Of a DNA stretch of 64,000 nt, positions 45,777 to 56,720 are shown piece after piece. The DNA comes from Hyphomicrobium sp. (lineage in GTDB: Bacteria; Pseudomonadota; Alphaproteobacteria; Rhizobiales; Hyphomicrobiaceae): contig JAEUME010000012.1 of NCBI GenBank assembly GCA_016793445.1, positions 2,607-66,606 of the forward strand, in the 5' to 3' direction. The position numbers and the translations under genes are program-made. The notes beneath the pieces were generated by a model. It did not search any database. It was given only the letters and a program-made list of their open reading frames with translations, and was not told where the DNA came from. The first letter of the stretch is position 1; each line of letters begins with the position of its first letter.

Positions 45777-46538
45777 ATGCCGCGCGTTATCACCATCATC
45801 CCGGCCCGTATGCAGGCCACCCGGCTTCCCGGTAAGCCGCTGGCAGATATAGCGGGCAAGCCCATGATCGTTCATGTGTGGGAGCGCGCCATGGCAGCCG
45901 AGACCGGCCGCGTTGCGGTTGCCACCGACAATGACGAGATTGCCGCAGCGGTCAGGAACGCGGGCGGGGAAGCGGTCATGACGCGCGCCGACCATGCCTC
46001 GGGGTCTGACCGCGTCTTCGAGGCGGCCTCCAGGCTCGATCCGGACGGCGACGCCGATACCATCGTCAATCTGCAGGGTGATCTTCCAACTCTCGACCCC
46101 CTGCTGGTGCGGGCCTGCCTTGCGCCCTTGAGCGGCACGAAGGCGACCGATATCGCAACGCTCGCTGCCGAGATTACGGTCGAGGAGGAAAAGACCAACC
46201 CCAACGTCGTAAAGGCAGTCGGGACACCGCTTTCTGCGCCCAACCATTTGCGTGCGCTGTATTTTACGCGCGCCACCGCGCCCTATGGCGAGGGGCCGCT
46301 CTACCACCATATCGGTATCTACGCCTATCGCCGTCAGGCGCTCGAACGCTTCGTCTCTCTGGCCCCCTCGCCATTGGAGACGCGCGAGAAGCTCGAGCAG
46401 CTGCGCGCGCTTGAGGCGGGGATGCGGATCGATATTGCAATCGTCGACACCGTCCCTCTGGGCGTGGACACGCCCGCAGACCTGGAGCGGGCCCGCCACG
46501 TCATTGCCGGCGCCGGCATCCCCAACCCCAAATCATAA
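45777..46538 (+). CDS. kdsB: 3-deoxy-manno-octulosonate cytidylyltransferase
   Basis: [16 protein letters not shown] and VNLQGDLP motifs are present. Confidence 0.9.
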   Translation: MPRVITIIPARMQATRLPGKPLADIAGKPMIVHVWERAMAAETGRVAVATDNDEIAAAVRNAGGEAVMTRADHASGSDRVFEAASRLDPDGDADTIVNLQGDLPTLDPLLVRACLAPLSGTKATDIATLAAEITVEEEKTNPNVVKAVGTPLSAPNHLRALYFTRATAPYGEGPLYHHIGIYAYRRQALERFVSLAPSPLETREKLEQLRALEAGMRIDIAIVDTVPLGVDTPADLERARHVIAGAGIPNPKS

Positions 46539-46556
46539 AAGGCCGGAACGGACCGC

Positions 46557-47453
46557 ATGTCCAACACCCCAAGCACCGCCGATACGCGCGCACGCATTTC
46601 TTACCAGGGCGAACCTGGCGCCAATTCCCACCTTGCCGCACAAGAGGCGTATCCGGAGCTGGAGGCGGTTGCCTGCCCGACGTTCGAGGATGCGCTGGCG
46701 GCGGTCAAATCGGGAGAGGCGCTTTACGCCATGATCCCCATCGAGAACTCGGTGGCGGGCCGGGTTGCCGATATTCACCACCTATTGCCCGGCGCTGGCT
46801 TGTTCATCGTCGCGGAACACTTCCTGCGCGTGCGTCACCAGTTGATGGCGCTTCCGGGCGCCACGCTCGACACGATCAAGCGCGTGATGAGCCACACCCA
46901 GGCGCTGGGTCAGTGCCGCAGCACGCTGCGCAAGCTCGGTCTCAAACCCGTGCCAGAAGCCGACACCGCAGGGTCAGCGCGTATGGTCGCGGAAAGCAAG
47001 GACTTGTCGATTGCGGCCCTCGCCTCGCGGCTGGCGGCCGAGATCTATGGCCTCAAGATTCTCAAGCCGGATATGGAGGATCAAAAACACAACACGACGC
47101 GCTTCGTGGTGCTCGCCAAAGATCCCGATGACGCCGAGCCCGACGAGGGTCCGGTCATCACGACGTTCCTGTTTCGCGTGCGCAACGTGCCGGCCGCGCT
47201 CTACAAGGCGCTGGGCGGCTTTGCTACAAACGGCGTCAACATGACGAAGCTTGAGAGCTATCAGGAAGAAGGCACCTTCAACGCGACGATGTTCTTTGCC
47301 GACATCGAAGGCCACCCGGCGGAGCGCTCCGTACAACTGGCGCTTGAAGAGCTGTCGTTCTTCTCGACCGAGATCAAGGTGCTCGGCACCTATCCTGCAA
47401 GTCCGTACCGCAAGGAGGCGGCTGAACTGGTGAGGTCGGGTCTCGAGGCGTGA
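46557..47453 (+). CDS. pheA: Prephenate dehydratase
   Basis: ISYQGEPGANSH, IPIENSVAGRV, TRF and the ACT-domain ESRP-like region are present. Confidence 0.85.
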   Translation: MSNTPSTADTRARISYQGEPGANSHLAAQEAYPELEAVACPTFEDALAAVKSGEALYAMIPIENSVAGRVADIHHLLPGAGLFIVAEHFLRVRHQLMALPGATLDTIKRVMSHTQALGQCRSTLRKLGLKPVPEADTAGSARMVAESKDLSIAALASRLAAEIYGLKILKPDMEDQKHNTTRFVVLAKDPDDAEPDEGPVITTFLFRVRNVPAALYKALGGFATNGVNMTKLESYQEEGTFNATMFFADIEGHPAERSVQLALEELSFFSTEIKVLGTYPASPYRKEAAELVRSGLEA

Positions 47454-47485
47454 GCCGTCAGGCCGCAGCAGGGGACAGATAGGTC

Positions 47486-48235
47486 ATGCGATTAAACGGC
47501 AAAATCGCCATCGTCACGGGCGCCGCCTCGGGGTTTGGACGCGGCATTGCGGAACTGTTCGCAGAGCAGGGGGCAAAGGTCGTCATCGCCGATCTCAACG
47601 GTGAAGGCGCCGCACAGGTGGCGAGCGCTATCGGCGGGCAAGCTGCGCCCGTCGAGGTGGACGTGACGCAAAAGGCCAGCGTCGAGGCCATGGTGGGGAC
47701 CGCAACCAGCCGCTTCGGCGGGCTCGATATTCTCGTCAACAACGCCGGTTACACGCATAGAAATCAGAGCCTGATGACGGTGAGCGAGGAGGATTTCGAC
47801 CGCATCTATGCGGTGAACGTGAAGTCCATCTACTTCACGACGCTCGCGGCGGTGCCGCAGATGGAAAAGCGCGGCGGCGGCTCGATCATCAATACGGCCT
47901 CCACGGCGGGCGTGCGCCCGCGTCCGGGTCTGACATGGTACAATGGTTCAAAAGGCGCGGTAATCACGCTGACGAAATCGATGGCGGCGGAGCTCGCGCC
48001 CCTGAACATCCGTGTCAACGCCATCAATCCGGTGATCGGGGAGACAGGCCTGCTGGAGCAGTTCATGGGAATGCCCGACACACCTGAGAACCGCGCCAGG
48101 TTTCTCTCCGGCATTCCATTAGGTCGCTTTTCGACGCCGCGCGACATTGCCAACGTGGCATTGTTTCTGGCCGACCCCGACAGTGCGTTCCTCACCGGCG
48201 TCGCGATCGAGGCCGACGGCGGGCGCTGCATTTGA
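47486..48235 (+). CDS. SDR-family oxidoreductase
   Basis: TGAASGFGRG, NNAG and YNGSK (YxxxK) motifs are present. Confidence 0.85.
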   Translation: MRLNGKIAIVTGAASGFGRGIAELFAEQGAKVVIADLNGEGAAQVASAIGGQAAPVEVDVTQKASVEAMVGTATSRFGGLDILVNNAGYTHRNQSLMTVSEEDFDRIYAVNVKSIYFTTLAAVPQMEKRGGGSIINTASTAGVRPRPGLTWYNGSKGAVITLTKSMAAELAPLNIRVNAINPVIGETGLLEQFMGMPDTPENRARFLSGIPLGRFSTPRDIANVALFLADPDSAFLTGVAIEADGGRCI

Positions 48236-48402
48236 GCCATAATGGTTTAGATGCACGCAATCTTTGTTGCGCGTTTCTTTACACCGATGCGTTGAATCAC
48301 GTTCGCGTGTCGCGCGCAGGGAGCGACGGGCGTTAACGGATCATGAGCACGGCAAGTGTAGAGTCATCTTGACGTTGCACTTCTCTAAGGACCCATTGGG
48401 CC

Positions 48403-48744
48403 ATGCTCAAACGCACCGACTTTGCCGACAAGCGCCAGTTTGGCCGCCGACACACGCAGGTGCGCGCCTGGGTTCGCATTGCCGGCCGGCCGGCCGTGCA
48501 ATGCATCGTGCGCAATCTTTCGGACGGCGGCGCGTTGCTCGAGTTCGAGGAGGACGTCTGGGTGCCGTTCTCGTTCCGCTTGGTGAGCGACGATCAGAGC
48601 ATCGACAAGGTCTGCGAGGTTCGGCATCAGACAGGCTCTCGCATCGGCGTGCAGTTCGTCGAAGCGGCCGAGGCCCTGGATCATGACCGCAAAATCGTGG
48701 ACGACCGCGATACCTGGACGGGCGGCGCGCCTTTGCGCCGTTGA
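48403..48744 (+). CDS. Single-domain PilZ protein (c-di-GMP receptor-like)
   Basis: RRHTQVR followed by NLSDGGALLEF fits the RxxxR ... D/NxSxxG pattern. Confidence 0.65.
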   Translation: MLKRTDFADKRQFGRRHTQVRAWVRIAGRPAVQCIVRNLSDGGALLEFEEDVWVPFSFRLVSDDQSIDKVCEVRHQTGSRIGVQFVEAAEALDHDRKIVDDRDTWTGGAPLRR

Positions 48745-48887
48745 AACGCCTTTTCGCCGAAACGTGACAAATTCCTGGAGCCGCGCGCGATGCGGCCTTT
48801 GGCTGCATTGCGGCATTCAGAAGGCTCCATCCGCTGCAAAGTCGTCCGGCCGGGGTTGTGCGCCAAAAAAATAGGCTCCATTATACC

Positions 48888-48988
48888 TGCCGGGAGGTTG
48901 GCGGCGGACGCTTCGTTCGCCAACCGGGTCAGGTCCGGAAGGAAGCAGCCCTAACGAAACTGACGCGGGTCGTTCGTCAGCCTCCTTG
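48888..48988 (+). ncRNA. ffs: Signal recognition particle RNA (4.5S, small bacterial type)
   Basis: CCGGGTCAGGTCCGGAAGGAAGCAGCC matches the universally conserved SRP domain IV sequence. The flanking GGGAGG...CCTCC closes the helix. The ffs-dnaX position is typical. The ends are approximate. Confidence 0.85.
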
Positions 48989-49127
48989 TTTCTCTTTTGG
49001 ACCGCACGCGCGTTGCGCTTCGCGTAAGGGCGGTCTTTTTGCGCGGGTCCGGCGCTTGCCGCCAGGACACGCGCGCGGCCTCAAGGTCCGTCCGGACCGC
49101 AGGGACATTCGGCGCCACACGGACATC

Positions 49128-51017
49128 ATGGCCAAGAAATCGACAGGTGGCGAGAACACGGGTGCGGGCGGCGATATTGCCGCCAAGCCTTATGTCGTCC
49201 TGGCGCGCAAGTATCGGCCTCAGACCTTCGACGACTTGATCGGCCAGGATGCCCTGGTGAAGACGCTGAAAAACGCATTCGCGGCCGGCCGCATCGCGCA
49301 AGGCTACATGCTGACCGGCGTGCGCGGCGTAGGCAAGACGACGACGGCGCGGATCCTGGCGCGAGCTCTCAACTACGAGGCGCCGGGCTTCGACCGGCCG
49401 ACCATCGACATGCCTGGGCTTGGCAGGCATTGCGCCGAGATCATGGAGGGCCGGCACCCCGACGTGTTCGAAATGGACGCGGCCTCCAACACCGGCGTCG
49501 ACAACATCCGCGAGATCATCGAGAGCGCGCAGTACACGCCGCTCATCGCTCGTACCAAGGTCTTCATTATCGACGAGGTTCACATGCTCTCCAAGGGCGC
49601 GTTCAACGCGCTTTTGAAGACGCTCGAGGAGCCGCCGGGGCATGTGAAGTTCATCTTTGCCACCACCGAGATCCGCAAGGTGCCCGTTACGGTGCTGTCG
49701 CGCTGCCAGCGTTTCGATTTGCGCCGCGTCGAGCAACCTGTGCTGTGTGCCCACTTCAAGAAGATCGTGGGCAACGAAGGCGCGCAGGCGGACGACGATG
49801 CGCTTGCGCTCATTGCGCGCGCGGCGGAAGGTTCCGTGCGCGACGGCTTATCGATCCTCGATCAGGCGATCGCCATGGGCCAGGGGCATGTCACGGCGCC
49901 GAGTGTGCGTGCGATGCTGGGTCTTGCCGATCGCGCGCGTATTTTCGATCTCGCGGAGGCGCTTTTCAAAGGCGATGCCGCGACGGCGCTGTCCAGTCTG
50001 AAGGCCTTGCATCAGGACAGTGCGGAGCCCACCCAGATCATCTCCGATCTGGCGGAGGCGGTGCACATCGTTGCCCGCATCAAGGCGGTCGGCGAGGAAC
50101 CTGCGGGTGAGGCGCTCTCGCGAGAGGAAAAGGCGCGGGGAGCGGCGCTCGCGGAGCAGCTGTCCATGGCGTATCTGGCCCGTGCCTGGCAGATGCTGCT
50201 GAAGGGCATCGAAGAGACGCAGCGCGCACCCGCCCCCTACGCCGCAGCCGAGATGCTGCTCATTCGTCTCGCCTACACAGCCGATCTGCCGACGCCCGAC
50301 GATCTCATCGCCCGCCTCGGCGGCGGGACAATGCCATCCCGTCACGCGTCTGCGCGGTCTGAGCCGCGCCAGGAGCGTGGCCCGCTCAACCAAGATGCCG
50401 CCCAAGGCCCGCAAGCGGCTCTTGGAGCGCCGGGCACGGAGGGCCAGGATCACGGCGCCAGCGCCGAAGCGGCAGAGGGCGAACTTTTCCCGGTGCTCGA
50501 CCCGGAGGCCGATGCCGCAGAGTTCACCGACCCTGGCGATCTCTCCGAGGACGACGGACCCGCCGCACACGCGCAGCCCGTCATGATGCCCGACCCGCAC
50601 ACCTTCGCAGAGGTCGTGGCGCTTGTGGGCGCGAAACGCGACATGATGCTGAAGGTCCATTTGGAGGACCACGTCAGCCTCGTGAAATTCGATGCCTCGA
50701 CAGGTTCCCTTGATCTGCACCTGCTGACCGGCGCGCCCGCAGAGCTTGCCAATGATCTGCGTGAGAAGCTTAATCTGTGGACCGGCCGGCGCTGGATGGT
50801 GATGCTGTCGAAGACGCCCGGAGCGCCCGCGATCGGAGCGGTCCGCCGTCAACGCGAGGCCGCCGAGCTGGCCGCTATCAAGGGTCATCCGGCAGTGCGC
50901 GCGCTGCTCGAAGCGTTTCCCGATGCGAAGATCGCGGATATACGGCGCATGGCCGGCAGCGGTCTGGATGGCGCACCCGGCGATGGCGAGACCGGCGACG
51001 AAAGCAAGGCCGTCTGA
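49128..51017 (+). CDS. dnaX: DNA polymerase III subunits gamma/tau
   Basis: LARKYRPQTFDDLIGQ, GVRGVGKTT and the IIDEVHMLS and SRCQRF motifs are present. The start is set at ATG 49128 because the track ORF's 5' extension runs through ffs. Confidence 0.9.
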   Translation: MAKKSTGGENTGAGGDIAAKPYVVLARKYRPQTFDDLIGQDALVKTLKNAFAAGRIAQGYMLTGVRGVGKTTTARILARALNYEAPGFDRPTIDMPGLGRHCAEIMEGRHPDVFEMDAASNTGVDNIREIIESAQYTPLIARTKVFIIDEVHMLSKGAFNALLKTLEEPPGHVKFIFATTEIRKVPVTVLSRCQRFDLRRVEQPVLCAHFKKIVGNEGAQADDDALALIARAAEGSVRDGLSILDQAIAMGQGHVTAPSVRAMLGLADRARIFDLAEALFKGDAATALSSLKALHQDSAEPTQIISDLAEAVHIVARIKAVGEEPAGEALSREEKARGAALAEQLSMAYLARAWQMLLKGIEETQRAPAPYAAAEMLLIRLAYTADLPTPDDLIARLGGGTMPSRHASARSEPRQERGPLNQDAAQGPQAALGAPGTEGQDHGASAEAAEGELFPVLDPEADAAEFTDPGDLSEDDGPAAHAQPVMMPDPHTFAEVVALVGAKRDMMLKVHLEDHVSLVKFDASTGSLDLHLLTGAPAELANDLREKLNLWTGRRWMVMLSKTPGAPAIGAVRRQREAAELAAIKGHPAVRALLEAFPDAKIADIRRMAGSGLDGAPGDGETGDESKAV

Positions 51018-51070
51018 TGAGACGGCAGGTTACCAGGAACAAGAGCGACACGACCAACCGCGAGGCTGCG

Positions 51071-51388
51071 ATGAAAGACGTAATGGGTTTGATGAAGCAG
51101 ATGGGCCAGATCCAGGCTCGCATGAAGCAGGCGCAGGACGAGCTTGCAGCTCTCGAAATCGAGGGCCAATCCGGCGGTGGATTAGTCAAGGTGACGCTCG
51201 ACGGGAAGGGCGAGGTCAAGCGCGTCCGCATCGACCCCTCGCTGGCCAAACCCGAAGAGGTGGAGATCCTCGAAGATCTCATTATCGCGGCGGCGGCCGA
51301 TGCAAAATCCAAATCCGACGCCGCGATGCAGTCGAAGATGGCGGAAGTGACAGGCGGTATGCTCCCGCCCGGAATGAAGCTCTTCTGA
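51071..51388 (+). CDS. ybaB: YbaB/EbfC-family nucleoid-associated protein
   Basis: LMKQMGQIQARMKQAQDEL...GGGLVKVTLDGKGEV is present, and the gene lies between dnaX and recR. Confidence 0.85.
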   Translation: MKDVMGLMKQMGQIQARMKQAQDELAALEIEGQSGGGLVKVTLDGKGEVKRVRIDPSLAKPEEVEILEDLIIAAAADAKSKSDAAMQSKMAEVTGGMLPPGMKLF

Positions 51389-51439
51389 TCGGGACCCCAT
51401 TGACAGCCGAGCCGGCACACGCACGCGGAAAGCGTTTCG

Positions 51440-52045
51440 ATGTCCAAGAAAATCGCAGGGCCCGAAATCGAGCGCCTGGTGCAGTTGCTGAGCCGCCTTC
51501 CCGGTTTGGGGCCGCGATCCGGGCGCAAGGCCGTGCTGGCGCTCCTCAAGCGCCGCAATGATCTGCTTGTTCCTTTGAGCGAAGCTCTCAACGTTGCGGT
51601 CGAAAAAATTGCCGAGTGCCCCAAGTGCGGCAACCTCGATACGGTCTCACCTTGCAGCATCTGCCGGGATCAGCGCCGCGACGCCGGATTGATCGTGGTG
51701 GTCGAGGAGGTCGGCGATCTGTGGGCGCTGGAACGTGCCGGCGTCGTCTCCGGGCGCTATCACGTCCTGGGCGGACATCTCTCGCCGCTCGATGGCATCG
51801 GACCCGACAAGTTGAATATCGCGAGCCTGGTCGAGCGGGCGCGCGCGGGAGAGGCGAGCGAGATTTTGCTGGCGTTGAACGCCACCGTGGAAGGCCAATC
51901 GACTGCGCATTACGTCTCCGAGCAGTTGGCGCCCCTGGGTGTCGCCGTTTCGCGGCTCGCCCAAGGGGTGCCGATCGGCGGCGAACTCGATTATCTCGAC
52001 GAAGGAACACTTGCGGCGGCAATCAAATCGCGCCGCCGGCTGTGA
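51440..52045 (+). CDS. recR: Recombination protein RecR
   Basis: The [11 protein letters not shown]hH, the C4 zinc finger (CPKCGN..CSIC) and the Toprim domain are present. Confidence 0.95.
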   Translation: MSKKIAGPEIERLVQLLSRLPGLGPRSGRKAVLALLKRRNDLLVPLSEALNVAVEKIAECPKCGNLDTVSPCSICRDQRRDAGLIVVVEEVGDLWALERAGVVSGRYHVLGGHLSPLDGIGPDKLNIASLVERARAGEASEILLALNATVEGQSTAHYVSEQLAPLGVAVSRLAQGVPIGGELDYLDEGTLAAAIKSRRRL

Positions 52046-52078
52046 GGGAGCCGCCGGCATGAAGGTCAGCAAGTCGAA

Positions 52079-53449
52079 ATGACATCGCCGAGCCGCCCGC
52101 GCCGCGCGAGCGGGACGCCCAAATTCGTGACCGGATCGGTGCTGCGCCACATCCTGGAAATGACCGGGGCGGGCGCGATCGGACTCATGGCCATTTTTCT
52201 TGGTGATCTCGCCAACATCTATTTTCTGAGCATCTCGGGCGACCATACGGTCGTCGCATCGATCGGCTATGCGAGTTCGATCCTGTTTTTTTCCACTTCC
52301 GTCGGTATCGGGCTGTCGATTGCCGCCTCCACCATGGTGTCGCCGGCGGTTGGCGCAAACGTGCGATCCAAGGCGCGGCGATTGGCGACCCATGCGCACC
52401 TGCTGGCGTTTGGAATGTCGGCTGTGTTCAGCATCGTCTTATGGTTCTTCATTCCGTGGCTGTTGGACCTGCTGGGTGCAACGGGTCGTGCCCATGCCCT
52501 GGCCAGCGTCTATCTCGCCATTCTCATTCCGACGCTGCCGCTGCTTGCGGTCGGCATGACGTCGTCGGCTGTCTTGCGATCGCTGGGCGATGCCAAGCGC
52601 GCCATGTTCGTGACGCTGACGGGCGCGGCCGTGAACACGGTCCTGGATGCGATCCTCGTTCTTAAAATGGGGCTTGGTGTCGAAGGTGCAGCCATCTCCA
52701 CGGCGCTGGCGCGGTGCGCTATCGTCGCGATGGGGCTCTACGGCGTCATCGGCGTCCACCGCCTGTGGGGCGCGATCAAGCCGAAAGCGCTCGATGATGA
52801 CGCGCGCGCTTACTTTCTGGTCGCGTTCCCGGCCGTGCTGACCAACATCGCCACGCCCGTCGGCAATGCCTATGTGACGACCGCGGTCGCCCCCTTCGGG
52901 GATGACGCCGTCGCGGGTTGGGCCGTCATAGGGAGAATTATTCCCGTGGCATTCGGGGCGATCTACGCGCTGTCGGGCTCCGTCGGCCCGATCATCGGGC
53001 AGAACCTGGGCGCCCGCCAGCCTGCGCGCATGAGCATGATCCTGACCCAGTCCTTGCTGGTGATGGGCGCGTTTACACTGGTGGCCTGGTTGGCGCTCGT
53101 CATACTTGCGGAGCCGCTGGCGGCGGCATTCAATGCCTCGGGAGAGACGCGCGCGCTGATCGTCTACTTTTGCCGCTGGCTCTCGCCCATGTTTGTTTTT
53201 CTAGGTGGGGTGTTCATAGCCAACGCGGCGTTCAACGTGCTGGGCAAACCCCATTTGTCCACAGTGGTGAATTGGGCGAGGGCCACCTTGGGAACTATTC
53301 CGTTTGTGGCAATTGGAGCCAGCATGGACGGCGCCCGGGGGGCACTGACGGGTCAAATGCTCGGCGGCGTATTTTTTGGGCTGCTTGCGGTCGTTCTTGC
53401 CTATAGACTTATCAACAGGATTGCTTTTCGTATGCGTGAAGCAACGTAG
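52079..53449 (+). CDS. MATE-family efflux transporter
   Basis: The protein has about 12 TM segments and the typical MATE length and N-terminal pattern. Confidence 0.7.
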   Translation: MTSPSRPRRASGTPKFVTGSVLRHILEMTGAGAIGLMAIFLGDLANIYFLSISGDHTVVASIGYASSILFFSTSVGIGLSIAASTMVSPAVGANVRSKARRLATHAHLLAFGMSAVFSIVLWFFIPWLLDLLGATGRAHALASVYLAILIPTLPLLAVGMTSSAVLRSLGDAKRAMFVTLTGAAVNTVLDAILVLKMGLGVEGAAISTALARCAIVAMGLYGVIGVHRLWGAIKPKALDDDARAYFLVAFPAVLTNIATPVGNAYVTTAVAPFGDDAVAGWAVIGRIIPVAFGAIYALSGSVGPIIGQNLGARQPARMSMILTQSLLVMGAFTLVAWLALVILAEPLAAAFNASGETRALIVYFCRWLSPMFVFLGGVFIANAAFNVLGKPHLSTVVNWARATLGTIPFVAIGASMDGARGALTGQMLGGVFFGLLAVVLAYRLINRIAFRMREAT

Positions 53450-53569
53450 CGATCATGAATCGCGAATGTTGTGGAGCTACGCCATTCGACGGCCATATTG
53501 GCCTTGGCAGTAAGCATACGGTCGATTAGCTGAAGTTGGGACGAGCCGTAGGTTTTTTCGTCCGGGGAC

Positions 53570-55591
53570 GTGTTTGCATCGGTTGATTTGCGGGCGGGAG
53601 AAGACGTGAGCGGTTCAGCAGACGACAACTCGGCCGCCGCGCGGATTCGGCACTGGTTGCTGGAGCTCACGAGGCATCAAAAGCGGGCCATCCTCGCTGC
53701 GACAGACCTCATCGCTCTGATCGGGATACTCTGGTCGCTCACGTCGCTGCGCTATAGCTATGCCTTCTGGCCCAACTCCTGGGTCGGCCATGTCGTGTAT
53801 TGGTCCGGGCCGTTCATCACGGTCGTCGCCTTTGCATATATGGGGCTCTACCGCTTCGTCACCCGGTATCTGGGGTCGCAAGCGAACACGCGTATCATTG
53901 GCGGCGTGGCGGTTTCGGTGTTGGTATGGTCGCTGCTCGTCTTCATGGCGGGCCAGCTTGGAACGCCGCGCTCGGTCATTCTCAGCTACGGCGTGTTTGC
54001 CGCCATTGCGGTGATCGCCATCCGCTACGTCGTTGCGCGCTTTCTCCAGTCGTCGGGCATTGAGCTGCCGAAGGTGAAGCAGGGCCAGGCGTCTCATCCC
54101 GTGTTGATCTACGGCGCGGGTGAACGGGGTGTCGATCTCGCCATTGCTCTTCGCCGCAGTGCGGACCGCGATGTCGTCGGCTTTTGCGACAACTCGCCGT
54201 CCATGTGGGGGCAATACATCGCCGGCTACCGCGTGTACCGCCCGGAGAAGCTCGGCTACATCATCGAGCGTTACGGCATCAAGGAGATCCTGCTTACGAT
54301 GCCCGCAGGCGCCCGCCACGAGCGGCGCATGGTGCTCAAGCAACTCGAAACCTTCCCTGTCACGGTCAAGGTTCTTCCTTCGCTTGCTGAAATCGCTTCC
54401 GGCAAGGTGGCTCTGGCGGCCCTGCGGCCGCTCGAGGTGGAAGATCTTTTGGGCCGCGATTCCGTACCGCCCAACATGGAACTGCTATCGCGCGACACGA
54501 AGGATAAGAGCGTGCTGGTAACAGGTGCCGGCGGCTCCGTTGGCTCCGAACTGGTGCGTCAGGTTTTGCGCCAGGGGCCGCGCCGCCTGGTACTTTTCGA
54601 GGTCTCGGAACCGGCGCTTTACGAGATCGAAATGGAAGTCCGCGGCATCGTGAACGCATTGCCTTCCAGCGCGCGCAAGCCCGAGATCGCCGTAATCCTC
54701 GGCTCCGTGCTCGATCCGACCCTTGTCACGGAAGTTCTGCGCAAGTGCGCGGTGGACACGATCTATCACGCCGCAGCCTACAAGCACGTGCCGATCGTTG
54801 AACATAACGCGGCTGTGGGGCTGACCAATAACGTGCGGGGCACGGAGATCGTCGCTGATGCCGCGATGGCTTGCGGCGTCGATCGCATGGTTCTCATTTC
54901 CACCGACAAGGCCGTGCGGCCAACCAATGTGATGGGCGCTTCCAAGCGCCTTGCTGAACTCGTGCTGCAGGCGCGCGCGGCTCAGCAGGGTACGACCGTC
55001 TTCACGATGGTGCGTTTTGGCAATGTGCTTGGCAGCTCCGGATCGGTCGTGCAGCGCTTCCGCCGCCAGATCGAAACCGGCGGGCCCGTCACTGTCACGC
55101 ATCCCGAAGTCATCCGCTATTTCATGTCGATTCCCGAGGCAGCGGAACTCGTCATCCAAGCCGGCGCCATGGCGCGCGGTGGCGAGGTGTTCGTGCTCGA
55201 CATGGGTGAACCGGTTAAGATCCGCGATCTCGCAGAACTCATGATCCATCTGAGCGGCCTGGAGGTGAGCTCCGAGGCAAATCCCGAAGGCGATATCGAG
55301 ATCGTGTATACGGGCTTGCGCGCGGGCGAGAAGCTTTATGAAGAGCTGCTGATCGGCGGCATGCACACTTCCGCGACGGAGCATCCGAGAATCCTGCGCT
55401 CCGACGAGCCCGCACTCGCAGCGAAAGATTTGCGGCGCGAACTCGATCTGCTTGAGGTCGCCACGAAGACCCGCGATATGGAGACCATTCAGGCCGTTCT
55501 GATGCGCACCGTTGAAGGCTATCAGCCAGACCCAGTTCTTACCAAGGCGCCCCTGTCGTCCTGGGTCCTGCCAGGGCGCACGCTCCATTAA
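53570..55591 (+). CDS. Membrane-bound polysaccharide-biosynthesis nucleotide-sugar 4,6-dehydratase (CapD/WbpM/PglF-like)
   Basis: N-terminal TM helices are followed by two Rossmann motifs (IYGAGERG; VTGAGGSVGSEL) and STDKAV..P.NVMGASKR. The start is GTG 53570 or 53606. Confidence 0.8.
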   Translation: MFASVDLRAGEDVSGSADDNSAAARIRHWLLELTRHQKRAILAATDLIALIGILWSLTSLRYSYAFWPNSWVGHVVYWSGPFITVVAFAYMGLYRFVTRYLGSQANTRIIGGVAVSVLVWSLLVFMAGQLGTPRSVILSYGVFAAIAVIAIRYVVARFLQSSGIELPKVKQGQASHPVLIYGAGERGVDLAIALRRSADRDVVGFCDNSPSMWGQYIAGYRVYRPEKLGYIIERYGIKEILLTMPAGARHERRMVLKQLETFPVTVKVLPSLAEIASGKVALAALRPLEVEDLLGRDSVPPNMELLSRDTKDKSVLVTGAGGSVGSELVRQVLRQGPRRLVLFEVSEPALYEIEMEVRGIVNALPSSARKPEIAVILGSVLDPTLVTEVLRKCAVDTIYHAAAYKHVPIVEHNAAVGLTNNVRGTEIVADAAMACGVDRMVLISTDKAVRPTNVMGASKRLAELVLQARAAQQGTTVFTMVRFGNVLGSSGSVVQRFRRQIETGGPVTVTHPEVIRYFMSIPEAAELVIQAGAMARGGEVFVLDMGEPVKIRDLAELMIHLSGLEVSSEANPEGDIEIVYTGLRAGEKLYEELLIGGMHTSATEHPRILRSDEPALAAKDLRRELDLLEVATKTRDMETIQAVLMRTVEGYQPDPVLTKAPLSSWVLPGRTLH

Positions 55592-55610
55592 GTCGAAGAG
55601 GCATGGGATT

Positions 55611-56708
55611 ATGACCACTGAGGCGTCACGCGGCAGCTCGAGGCGGCTGGTCGTCGTGGGGCCGTCAGTGCGCGCCCTGGCACGGTTGCGTGGCCGGTTC
55701 ATTAGTACTTGCATTGCGCGTGGCGTAGACGTGCTGGCCCTCGCTCCGGAATCCTCAGCCAGCGGCTCGGAGAGCCTGCTGCGGCTGGGGGCTCAGGCGG
55801 GCGCAATTCCTCAGGGACCGGAAGGCTTCACCCTGTTTCGCGCCCGCAAGGCTGCGCGTGCGTTCGCAGAGCAAGTCCGTCAGTTTCATCCCAATGCGGT
55901 TCTGGCCTTCGGTGCGCACATCGCGCCTGCTGCTGTCGCGGCCGCGCGCCGGGCGGGCGTGCAGCATGTCGCTCTTCTCGTCAACGAGATGCCAGCGAAC
56001 GGTGCCGCAAAGCGCCTGGCGCGTGCCGTGAAAGGCGCGAACGTCGTGATCGTCCACAACGCCGCCGATGCGCAGACTGTGAAGAACGAACTGGGAGCAC
56101 CTCACGTCGTGCGCGTCCAAGGCGCCGGCGCTGATTTGGCGCTTCCCATGGGCGTGCCGATGCCCGCGGCCGGCGAGGCGGTCGTATTTCTCGCCGCTGC
56201 CCGCCTCGACCGCGTCAAAGGCATTTACGACTACCTGGAGGCCGCCCGCATCGCCCATGAGCGTGGGCTTGACGCACGCTTCCTGCTGGCCGGCCCCGAC
56301 GGTTTTGAGACCGGGTCCGTCAAGCCCGACACGCTGGCGCGCTATGCGCCGTTCGTGACCTACATCGGGGACGCGGCAAACCTCGCGGATGTGGTTGGCC
56401 AGTGCCATGTTTTCGTGTGTCCCTCCCATCGCGAGGGAATGCCGGGCGCGGTCCTGTCAGCCTTGGCAACCGGCCGCGTCATCATCGCAACGGACATCCC
56501 AGGGGCCCGCGAGACAGTGGATGAAATGGTCAATGGCACGCTGTGTCCGCCGGGCGATCCCGCAGCGCTTGCTGATGCTTTCGCCCGCCTCGTGCGCAAT
56601 CGGGCGCTGTTGGCTCCCATGAGCCGTGCCAGCCGGGCAAAGGCGGAGCGGAGTTATTCCGACACCAAGGTGCACGAAGCCTTGCTCGACGCACTCCACC
56701 TCGCTTGA
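55611..56708 (+). CDS. Group-1 (GT4) glycosyltransferase
   Basis: The C-terminal PSHREGMPGAVLSALATGRVIIATDIPGARE is an E(x7)E-type motif region. Confidence 0.75.
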   Translation: MTTEASRGSSRRLVVVGPSVRALARLRGRFISTCIARGVDVLALAPESSASGSESLLRLGAQAGAIPQGPEGFTLFRARKAARAFAEQVRQFHPNAVLAFGAHIAPAAVAAARRAGVQHVALLVNEMPANGAAKRLARAVKGANVVIVHNAADAQTVKNELGAPHVVRVQGAGADLALPMGVPMPAAGEAVVFLAAARLDRVKGIYDYLEAARIAHERGLDARFLLAGPDGFETGSVKPDTLARYAPFVTYIGDAANLADVVGQCHVFVCPSHREGMPGAVLSALATGRVIIATDIPGARETVDEMVNGTLCPPGDPAALADAFARLVRNRALLAPMSRASRAKAERSYSDTKVHEALLDALHLA

Positions 56709-56720
56709 TGGAGGCATAGG

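Noticed and set aside
48858-49127. N-terminal 90 codons of the track's dnaX ORF
   Set aside because: This stretch translates through the SRP RNA gene. The conserved DnaX N-terminus begins at the ATG at 49128.
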